Shown here: positions 48,858-56,568 of the stretch, one piece after another
Position numbering within the stretch: position 1 is the stretch's first letter
Layout: each line of letters starts with the position of its first letter
Source of the DNA: Clostridia bacterium
GTDB taxonomy: Bacteria > Bacillota > Clostridia > Saccharofermentanales > UBA5734
Assembly: GCA_040776905.1 (NCBI GenBank)
Contig: JAXGZQ010000001.1
Span: 1,372,400 to 1,436,399, forward strand
Length of the DNA: 64,000 nt
Reading direction: 5' to 3'
Position numbers and translations under genes: made by a program
Notes under the pieces: generated by a model
What the model was told of the DNA's origin: nothing
Database searches by the model: none
What the model saw: the letters and a program-made list of their open reading frames with translations, nothing else

Positions 48858-50756
48858 TCAGCTGAGAACCGCCGCCCCGGTGTACAGCTGGTAGTAGACG
48901 CCCCGCTCCTGCAGCAGCTCGTTATGCGAGCCACGTTCGATGATCTCGCCCTGGTCCAGCACCATGATCACATCCGCGTTGCGGACGGTGGACAGGCGGT
49001 GGGCGATGACAAAGACAGTCCGTCCTTTCATCAGGGCGTCCATGCCGCGCTGGACGATGATTTCCGTTCGGGTATCAATGCTTGAGGTCGCTTCGTCGAG
49101 AATCATGACCGGCGCGTCGGCAACTTCAGCACGGGCGATGGAAATCAGCTGGCGCTGTCCCTGCGACAGACCGGAGGCGTCGCCGGTGAGCATCGTGTCA
49201 TAACCGTCCGGCAGCATGGAGATGAAACCGTGCGCGTTGGCCCGTTTCGCCGCTTCCACGATCTCCTCATCCGTGGCATCCAGTTTGCCGTAGCGGATAT
49301 TGTCGCGCACCGTGCCGGTGAACAGGTTGGTATCCTGCAGGACCATGCTGAGCGAACGGCGCAGATCGGGTTTGCGGATCCGGTTGATATTGATGTCGTC
49401 GTAGCGGATTTTGCCGTCATCGATGTCATAAAAACGGTTCAACAGATTGGTGATCGTGGTTTTACCGGCTCCGGTCGCGCCGACGAACGCGACCTTCTGA
49501 CCCGGCTCGGCGAAGAGCTTGATCTTTTTCAGGACCGGTGTCTCACCGTCGTAGCTGAAATCCACATGGTCGAGCCGGACATCGCCGGCCAGCTGGCGAT
49601 ACGACACCTCACCACCCGGCCCACACAGTTTCCAGGCCCACAGTCCGGTCCGGTCGCAGCTCTCCGTCACCTCACCCTGTTCATCCAAGCAGGCATGCAC
49701 CAGGGTGACATCCCCGTGATCGGATTCCGGTGTCTCATCCATCAGCTGGAAGACACGCTCCGCTCCGGCCATCGCCATGATCACGGCATTGATCTGCTGT
49801 GAGATCTGGTTGATCGGCATGCTGAAGCTGCGGCTGAGCTGGAGGAAGGCTGCGATCGCGCCCAGTGAGAGGCCGGCGACACCGTTAACCGCCAGCAGGC
49901 CGCCGGCAATCGCGATCAGCACATACTGCAGATGGCCCATGTTGCCCATGATCGGCATCAGGATATTGGCGAAACGATGCGCCTGGGTCGCCTGATAACA
50001 CAGATCGTCATTCAGCTTGTCAAACGCTTCTTTGGCCCTGTCTTCGTAATTGAAGACCTTGACGACTTTCTGTCCGTTGATCAGTTCTTCAATGTAGCCG
50101 TTGGTTTTGCCCAGCGCGATCTGCTGCTCGCGGAAAAAGAGGCCGCTGCGCGAGGCGACCTGACGGCTGATATAAATGATCAGGACTGAAAAGCAAAGCA
50201 CCATGAGGGTCAGGTGCCAACTCGTCAGCAGCATGGCGATGAGGACGAAGATGACGGTCATCAACGAGGAGAACATATGCGGCAGGCTCTGCGTGATCAA
50301 CTGGCGCAGGGTATCCGTATCATTGGTATAGCGGCTCATCAGGTCGCCGTGTGAATGGGTGTCAAAGTACTGGATCGGCAGCTCCTGCATATGGGTAAAC
50401 ATCGTATCGCGGACCTTTTTCATCGCGCTCTGGGCGATGTCGACCATCATCCGGTTGAAGAACAGCGACGCGAACACTCCGCTCAGGTAGATCATGCCCA
50501 TGATGCCGATGGTCAGGAGCAGGTCGCCGAAATACGGCGTCTCCATGGTCAGCAGCGGCGCGATGTGGTCATCGATCAAAATCTCGAGAAACAGCGAGCC
50601 GGCGACATTGGCCAGTACGCTGATAATGATAAAGACGAACACGAGCGCCAGCTGGAGACGATGGCCTTCCGCCATGATCCGCAGCAGCCGCTTGATATTT
50701 TTGAGCATGACACGAGGGGGTGGCGGTGTCAGCCGTTTACGGTCAGGCGATGTCAT
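48858..50756 (-). CDS. ABC transporter ATP-binding/permease protein (exporter half-transporter)
   Basis: 6-TM domain plus NBD. Walker A GATGAGKTT, signature LSQGQRQ, Walker B ILDEATS. Start ATG 50756 after GGAGG; it overlaps the upstream stop. Confidence 0.9.
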   Translation of the reverse strand: MTSPDRKRLTPPPPRVMLKNIKRLLRIMAEGHRLQLALVFVFIIISVLANVAGSLFLEILIDDHIAPLLTMETPYFGDLLLTIGIMGMIYLSGVFASLFFNRMMVDIAQSAMKKVRDTMFTHMQELPIQYFDTHSHGDLMSRYTNDTDTLRQLITQSLPHMFSSLMTVIFVLIAMLLTSWHLTLMVLCFSVLIIYISRQVASRSGLFFREQQIALGKTNGYIEELINGQKVVKVFNYEDRAKEAFDKLNDDLCYQATQAHRFANILMPIMGNMGHLQYVLIAIAGGLLAVNGVAGLSLGAIAAFLQLSRSFSMPINQISQQINAVIMAMAGAERVFQLMDETPESDHGDVTLVHACLDEQGEVTESCDRTGLWAWKLCGPGGEVSYRQLAGDVRLDHVDFSYDGETPVLKKIKLFAEPGQKVAFVGATGAGKTTITNLLNRFYDIDDGKIRYDDININRIRKPDLRRSLSMVLQDTNLFTGTVRDNIRYGKLDATDEEIVEAAKRANAHGFISMLPDGYDTMLTGDASGLSQGQRQLISIARAEVADAPVMILDEATSSIDTRTEIIVQRGMDALMKGRTVFVIAHRLSTVRNADVIMVLDQGEIIERGSHNELLQERGVYYQLYTGAAVLS

Positions 50757-52482
50757 TGATCGAGCCTCCATTCTGCTGTGAGTCATACACTTCACGATAG
50801 ATCGCGTTGGTTTCAAGCAGTGTGTCATGGGTACCGATGCCGTCGATGACGCCGTCGTCCATGACGATGATCTGGTCGGCGTCGATGACCGAGTTGATGC
50901 GCTGGGCGACGATGAACACGGTTGTGTCCGGAATTTCGGACTGCAGACTCTGCCGGATCAGGGACTCGGTCCGGGTATCGACCGCGCTGGTGGAGTCGTC
51001 GAGAATCAGGATCCTGGGGTGTTTGAGCAGGGCCCTGGCGATGCAGATCCGCTGGCGCTGGCCGCCGGATACATTCGTCCCGCCCTGTTCAACATAGGTA
51101 TCGTAGCCTTTGGGGAAGGCCATGATGAAGTCGTGGGCCTGGACCAGCCGGCAGACCCGGATCAACTCCTCATCGCTGGCGTCCGGATTGCCCCATTTGA
51201 GATTTTCCCGGATCGTACCGGAGAACAGGGTGTTTTTCTGCAGCACCACCGCGACCTGATCGCGCAGTGACTTGATATCATAGTCGCGTACATCAATGCC
51301 GCCGACTTTGACCTGTCCTTCAATCGCGTCATAGAGACGGGGAATCAGCTGGATCAGGGTGGACTTGGCACTGCCGGTCCCGCCGATGATGCCGATGATC
51401 TGGCCGGAATCAATATGCAGGTTAATGTCTTTCAGGCAGTAGTTGCCTTCCTGACCGCCGTAACCGAAGGACACATGCTGGAAATCAACTGAGCCGTCCG
51501 GAACGTCGAAAACCGGCTGCGGCGGATTGCTCAGACTGCTCTGTTCGGTCAGGACCTCGGTGACGCGCTCGGCCGACGCGCGCGAGATGGTGATCATGAC
51601 AAACACCATCGCCAGCATCATCAGGCTCATCAGAATCTGCATCGCGTAGGCGATCAGGCTGACCAGCTGTCCGGTGGACATGCGGTCGCTGACAATCATA
51701 TGGGCGCCGAACCAGGCGATCAGCAGAATGATCGTATACATGGAGGTCTGCATCAGAGGACCGTTGTACGCGAGCAGTTTTTCCGCCTTGGTGAAGTCCT
51801 GGAAAATTTCCTGTGAGACCGAGGTAAATTTCTCTTTTTCATGGGCCTCGCGGACATAGGCCTTGACCACGCGGATGCCGCGCAGGTTTTCCTGGACCAC
51901 ATTGTTCAGCCGGTCATAGGTTTTGAAGACCCGCTTGAAGATCGGGTGGGCATGGCGGATGATCAGATACAGGCCGCCGCCGAGAAAGGGGATGACTGCG
52001 AGGAAGATCAGCGACAGCGAACGGTTGACGCTGAAGGCCATGAACAGGGAAAAGGCGAACATCACGGGGCTGCGGATCGCGACCCGGATCAGCATCTGGT
52101 AGGCGTTCTGGATATTGGTGACGTCGGTGGTCGACCGGGTGATCAGGCTGGCCGTTGAAAAGCGGTCAATGTTGAAAAAGGAAAAATTCTGCACCGCGTA
52201 GAAGATGTCATGGCGCAGGTTGCGTGCGTAGCCGGCGGAGGCTTTGGCCGCGTAGTGGCCGGCCAGAACGCCGCAGAGCAGTGAGACGGCCGTCGCCAGA
52301 ATCAGAACACCGCCCATCCGCAGGATATAGCGGACATTGCCGGCTTCGATCCCGAAGTCAATCAGGTAGGCCATCAGAAAGGGAATCAGGACCTCCATGA
52401 CGACTTCAAAGAAGATAAAAAACGGGGACAGCAGAGACGCTTTCCTGTTTTCCCTGATGCTTCTGGCAAGAATTCTGATCAT
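50743..52482 (-). CDS. ABC transporter ATP-binding/permease protein (exporter half-transporter)
   Basis: Walker A GGTGSAKST, signature VSGGQRQ, Walker B ILDDSTS. Start at ATG 52482. Confidence 0.9.
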   Translation of the reverse strand: MIRILARSIRENRKASLLSPFFIFFEVVMEVLIPFLMAYLIDFGIEAGNVRYILRMGGVLILATAVSLLCGVLAGHYAAKASAGYARNLRHDIFYAVQNFSFFNIDRFSTASLITRSTTDVTNIQNAYQMLIRVAIRSPVMFAFSLFMAFSVNRSLSLIFLAVIPFLGGGLYLIIRHAHPIFKRVFKTYDRLNNVVQENLRGIRVVKAYVREAHEKEKFTSVSQEIFQDFTKAEKLLAYNGPLMQTSMYTIILLIAWFGAHMIVSDRMSTGQLVSLIAYAMQILMSLMMLAMVFVMITISRASAERVTEVLTEQSSLSNPPQPVFDVPDGSVDFQHVSFGYGGQEGNYCLKDINLHIDSGQIIGIIGGTGSAKSTLIQLIPRLYDAIEGQVKVGGIDVRDYDIKSLRDQVAVVLQKNTLFSGTIRENLKWGNPDASDEELIRVCRLVQAHDFIMAFPKGYDTYVEQGGTNVSGGQRQRICIARALLKHPRILILDDSTSAVDTRTESLIRQSLQSEIPDTTVFIVAQRINSVIDADQIIVMDDGVIDGIGTHDTLLETNAIYREVYDSQQNGGSINDIA

Positions 52483-52532
52483 AACACTCTCCGTTTCAAT
52501 CCAGAGCGGTCCGGTGGCCAAAGCGGCCGCCG

Positions 52533-52973
52533 TCAGCTGATATTGTTTTTGATTTTACCCAGGACGTCGAGAAACTGGTGAATCTCCTGTTCTGAGATAT
52601 CTGTCCGCAGGCGGTCTTCCATCTGGCGGAATTTCTCTGAGACCCGTTCATGGATGCTGCGCGAACGTGCCGTCAGTTTCAGCCGTTTCAGACGACGGTC
52701 ACGGGCGACCGGCTCGCGGGTGATCAGTTCGTTTTGCTCCATCAGCTTGATCAGGCCGGTGACGGTTGAACGGCGGATGTCAAATTCCTTTTCCAGATCG
52801 CGCTGGAAGACATCAACACCGGCCTGCTCCCTGTGATAGATCATGCCGATGATCCAGCCCTGCATGCCGGTCAGGCCTTCCAGATCTTTGTCCAGGCCGC
52901 TTTCGTCCAGCCTGCGTTTGATCAGGTTGGACACCGTTTTGATTTCAAAACCGATCGCCGGACGATCCTGCAT
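52533..52973 (-). CDS. MarR family transcriptional regulator
   Basis: 146 aa. Winged HTH: FDIRRSTVTGLIKLMEQNELITREPVARDRRLKRLKLT. Confidence 0.9.
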   Translation of the reverse strand: MQDRPAIGFEIKTVSNLIKRRLDESGLDKDLEGLTGMQGWIIGMIYHREQAGVDVFQRDLEKEFDIRRSTVTGLIKLMEQNELITREPVARDRRLKRLKLTARSRSIHERVSEKFRQMEDRLRTDISEQEIHQFLDVLGKIKNNIS

Positions 52974-53043
52974 GATGACACCGCCTGTCAGATCACATTC
53001 GGCCGATCCGGTGTCAGCGGAACGGCCGTAAAAGGGTCTATCT

Positions 53044-53059
53044 TGTTAGGACACTAACA
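53044..53059. promoter_or_regulatory. MarR-type operator candidate
   Basis: Perfect inverted repeat TGTTAG-GACA-CTAACA in the marR / guaA-paralog divergent region. Confidence 0.45.
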
Positions 53060-53223
53060 GATTAGCACAATCATTTTTTTATGTCATCTATTTTTTTCGG
53101 ACGAACTGGTGGCCGGACCGGCGTGACCTGATGACAGGCCAGCGGAAATTGAGTACACTATATTCTTGTGATTGTGATTGAATCCAGGACCACCTGGTCC
53201 ATACAGCAGGCAGGGAGAATAAC

Positions 53224-54513
53224 ATGAAACAGGATATGATACTAATCCTCGACCTCGGCAGTGATGAGAACGCGCGGCTGGCCCGTGAGATCCGGGCTCT
53301 GGGCGTCTACAGCGAAATTCATCCGCACGATCTGAGCGCGGATCAGCTGCGTGATCTGCCGAATGTGAAAGGAATCATTCTCAACGGCGGTGTCAACCGG
53401 GTTATCGACGGCGTGGCCATCGACGCGTCTGAAGCGGTCTACCAGAGTGGTCTGCCGCTGTTTCTGGCCGACCACAACGATCAGGCCCCCTGGCCGGAGG
53501 CGGAAGATACGCGCCGGCAGGTGTTGTCAGATTTCATCTTTAATACCTGCAAGGCACAGCCGAACTGGAATACCGAAAACTACATCTCCGACCAGATTGA
53601 TCTGATCCGCCGCCAGGTCGGCGAGGGGAAAGTCCTGCTCGCGCTCTCCGGCGGTGTGGACAGTTCCGTGGTCGCGGCCCTGCTGCTCAAGGCGATCGGC
53701 GACCGTCTGACCTGTGTCCATGTCAATCACGGCCTGATGCGCAAAGGCGAGTCGGAACAGGTGATCAAGGTGTTCGGCAAGGAACTGGGCGCGAACCTGA
53801 TTTATGTGGACGCGGTTGACCGCTTTCTCGACAAACTGGTCGATGTCAGCGATCCTGAGCAGAAGCGCATGGTGATCGGCGAGGAGTTCGTCCGGGTATT
53901 CGAAGAAGAAGCCCGCAAGCTGAGCGGCATCGGTTATCTCGGACAGGGAACGATTTATCCCGATATCATTGAGAGCGGGACCAAGACGGTGAAAGCGGTC
54001 AAGAGCCATCACAATGTCGGCGGTCTGCCGGAGACGTTTGATTTCGAACTGGTTGAGCCGGTGAAAATGCTGTTTAAAGATGAGGTCCGGGCCGTCGGCA
54101 CGGCACTCGGCCTGCCGGACAGCATGGTGCACCGCCAGCCGTTTCCCGGTCCCGGACTGGGTGTCCGCTGCCTGGGCGCGATCACCCGCGACCGGCTGGA
54201 CGCGGTGCGCGAATCGGACGCGATCCTGCATGAGGAACTGGCCAAGGCCGGCCTGACTGACACCATCTGGCAGTTTTTTACCGTGGTGCCGGATTTCCGC
54301 TCCACCGGCGTGAAGGATGGTAAACGCAGCTTCGACTGGCCGGTGATTGTCCGGGCGGTCAATACGATCGACGCGATGACCGCGGAGGTGCCTGAACTGC
54401 CGTGGCCGCTGCTGCAAACGCTGACGAAGCGGATCACCGGCGAAGTAGCCGGTGTCAACCGGGTGCTCTATGATCTGACGCCCAAGCCGACGGGCACGAT
54501 TGAGTGGGAATAA
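53224..54513 (+). CDS. GMP synthase paralog with vestigial (catalytically dead) glutamine amidotransferase domain
   Basis: The ATP-pyrophosphatase and dimerisation domains are intact ([23 protein letters not shown]). The N-domain is ~113 aa versus ~195 aa in guaA, with LFLADHNDQ where GICYGAQ should be, and no FHPE. Confidence 0.85.
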   Translation: MKQDMILILDLGSDENARLAREIRALGVYSEIHPHDLSADQLRDLPNVKGIILNGGVNRVIDGVAIDASEAVYQSGLPLFLADHNDQAPWPEAEDTRRQVLSDFIFNTCKAQPNWNTENYISDQIDLIRRQVGEGKVLLALSGGVDSSVVAALLLKAIGDRLTCVHVNHGLMRKGESEQVIKVFGKELGANLIYVDAVDRFLDKLVDVSDPEQKRMVIGEEFVRVFEEEARKLSGIGYLGQGTIYPDIIESGTKTVKAVKSHHNVGGLPETFDFELVEPVKMLFKDEVRAVGTALGLPDSMVHRQPFPGPGLGVRCLGAITRDRLDAVRESDAILHEELAKAGLTDTIWQFFTVVPDFRSTGVKDGKRSFDWPVIVRAVNTIDAMTAEVPELPWPLLQTLTKRITGEVAGVNRVLYDLTPKPTGTIEWE

Positions 54514-54829
54514 TAGCGACGAACCTCGAAACCCCTGCGAATACTACATTTGAATTTCGGAAGAGGTCAAAACGTACTAAAAGCGTACTAACGCTCAAGG
54601 TCTTTTGACCGTAGGCGGTTGTCGCAGTGTCGATTATGTCGTTTGCCACATAGTCAATCATGACCTTCATTACACGCCGGATATTTCGGAGTTCCCGCGC
54701 GCTTATCTCTCCGACGTGGCAGCGGTCCTCCTGCTTTTTCATAAACGAGTCGATTGCATCGAGATCATAGCCGTAGATGCCTATACTGTGCTGGTATCTG
54801 CTGAGCATAACATAAAATTTGCACCGCAA
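54455..54829 (-). other. short ORF of uncertain status (possible recombinase N-terminal remnant)
   Basis: Only the first ~70 codons look protein-like (IDSFMKKQEDRCHVGEISARELRNIRRVMKVMIDYV). The ORF then reads into the guaA-paralog 3' end. No catalytic domain is present. Confidence 0.2.
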
Positions 54830-54971
54830 CCTGTTTTTAGCAACTGTTAGGTACTATCAGCAGCGTTCAGAAGAACGTAAATCCATTGATAACACTGGGT
54901 TTATGTGAGTTTGCACACTACATCGCCTTGTAAGCTCCTACACGGTTCTACTTGCTATTGTGAGGGCTAAT

Positions 54972-54995
54972 AAGGGAAAAATCAAGGGAAAAATC
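54972..54995. repeat. perfect tandem repeat 2 x 12 nt
   Basis: AAGGGAAAAATC twice, upstream of the RepA_N gene. Confidence 0.9.
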
Positions 54996-55137
54996 AATAA
55001 ATAATTGTCTTGTTGCAATGAAGAACGGAACTGTAATGATGTGTATAATTCTCAATCGTTCTCGTTGTATTATAATAAAAATAGAATCGTCAAGGGGATG
55101 CTTTTCGGGCATCCTCTTTTCATATATCCGGGAGGTG

Positions 55138-55639
55138 ATGAAAGGCATGGGACCACCGTTAGATTTTCCGTACTACTATGGACGTGAAGCCGAGCAGTAC
55201 GCATTTTACCGCATCCCAAAGCTCCTTATTTCAGATGACCGTTTCCGCTTTGTATCGACTGACGCGAAGCTGCTTTATGGCCTCATGCTGGACCGTATGA
55301 GCCTGTCCCTGAAAAACGGCTGGCTGGACAGCGACAACCGGGTCTATATCTACTTCCCCGTGGAGGAAGCCATGGAGGTGCTCAACTGCAAGAGTGAAAA
55401 GGCCACCAAGCTGTTGGCCGAGTTGGACGGCAAGAAAGGCATTGGCCTGATCGAGCGTGTGCGGCAGGGACAGGGCAAGCCCTCTATCGTCTATGTCAAG
55501 AACTTCGCCGCTCCCCCGCCGTAGGCAACTGTCGAAAGTCTTGACTTTCGATAATCGAAAATCAGAATTTTCGGGCCGACTGCGCCATTTTCAGACTTTC
55601 GGAAATCGAAAATCAAGACTGCGGAAAATCGAAATGTAG
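55138..55639 (+). pseudogene. replication initiator protein A (RepA_N family), frameshifted
   Basis: FYRIPKLLISDDRFRFVSTDAKLLYGLMLDRMSLSLKNGWLDSDNRVYIYF...GKPSIVYVKNF is the RepA_N domain. The frame stops at 55524. The expected repeat-rich continuation (NRKSEF.., GNRKSRL..) lies in another frame and is then hit by stops. Confidence 0.7.
55532..55636. repeat. iteron-like repeats / inverted repeat (candidate origin)
   Basis: 20-bp palindrome TCGAAAGTC-TT-GACTTTCGA (55532-55551). Direct repeats of 22 nt, GACTTTCG..AATCGAAAATCA, at 55543-55564 and 55594-55615 (20/22 identical). A partial third copy lies at 55617-55636. Confidence 0.7.
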
Positions 55640-55793
55640 TAATACTGATAGAGTAAGACTGAGTTGAGTAATACTACTAGCCGAGAAAAAATATATGCTG
55701 GTAGAGATAGCTGTATTGTGGCTATCCACTTTTTTGTTCAGAGCCGCAAGGCTTTTTTTCTTGCTCAAAAATAGAGAAATGCAGGTACAGACC

Positions 55794-56438
55794 ATGAAAA
55801 CCATTGCGCTTGCGAACCAAAAAGGCGGCGTGGGAAAGACAACCACCGCCGCCAATCTGGGCATTGGTCTTTTTCGGCAGGGTAAAAAGGTGCTGCTGAT
55901 CGACGCCGACGCCCAGGGCAATCTCACGCAGATGTTAGGCTGGCAGCGGCCTGACGAACTATCCCCCACGCTCTCCACCCTGATGGAGAAAATCATCACC
56001 GACCAGCCCCTTATTCCCGGCGAAGGCATCCTCCGCCACCATGAGGGTGTCCATCTGCTGCCGGCCAATATCGAGCTATCCTCGATGGAGGTCACGCTGG
56101 TGAACACCATGAGCCGCGAAACCATCCTGCGGCAGTATCTTTCCACCGTGAAGAAGGATTACGATTACGCCATCATCGACTGTATGCCATCGCTGGGCAT
56201 GATGACGATAAACGCTCTGACAGCGGCGGACAGCATCATCATTCCGGTGCAGGCCCACTATCTCCTGGCCAAGGGGCTGGAACAGCTCTTGAAATCTGTG
56301 GCGAGAGTGAAAAAGCAGCTCAATCCCGGCCTGAACATAGACGGCATCATCCACTGTGCCAGCGGCTACAACAATGTGGTCGTCACCGGCATCGAGGGCT
56401 TTACATCCATCGCAAGGCCGGAGTATTACAGCGAATAG
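55794..56438 (+). pseudogene. parA: ParA-family partition ATPase, C-terminally truncated / fused to unrelated sequence
   Basis: MKTIALANQKGGVGKTTT...IDCMPSLGMMTINAL...NIDGI is canonical. After ~56352 the sequence (IHCASGYNNVVVTGIEGFTSIARPEYYSE*) no longer matches ParA, and ~70 aa are missing. Confidence 0.7.
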
Positions 56439-56442
56439 GCGA

Positions 56443-56484
56443 ACTCCCCGTGTGACTGCAAGGTCGCACGGGGAGTGTTTTTTT
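56443..56484 (+). terminator. rho-independent terminator
   Basis: 14-bp stem ACTCCCCGTGTGAC / GTCGCACGGGGAGT followed by GTTTTTTT. Confidence 0.85.
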
Positions 56485-56568
56485 GTTTAATAATCACAAT
56501 CGGATATTAAGATCGGATCGAGCGTTGGAATTGTCTTTTTTCATCCTATGTGATATAACTTTTGCAAA

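Larger units (their letters stand above)
54514..56352. mobile_element. decayed ICE/plasmid-derived module abutting the 3' end of the guaA paralog
   Basis: GC drops abruptly after the guaA-paralog stop. Hand counts: 43/60 at 53641-53700 versus 26/60 at 54901-54960. Contains a RepA_N pseudogene, iteron-like repeats and a truncated parA. Confidence 0.65.

Noticed and set aside
39678-54513. The two guaA copies as an assembly duplication artefact.
   Set aside because: The copies differ substantially at protein and DNA level, have different N-domains and different 3' ends (GAATGGGAGTAA versus GAGTGGGAATAA), and sit in different gene contexts.
54455-54829. Calling the 124-aa ORF an integrase gene.
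   Set aside because: Only ~70 codons look protein-like and no catalytic R-H-R-Y region can exist in the 300 nt available. The rest of the ORF is read-through into guaA-paralog sequence. Retained only as a low-confidence remnant.
54972-54995. Tandem AAGGGAAAAATC repeats, and the repeats at 55532-55636, as a CRISPR array.
   Set aside because: Only two or three copies, 12-22 nt long, directly adjacent or with non-spacer-like gaps, and no cas genes. They fit iterons or origin repeats of the RepA_N replicon.
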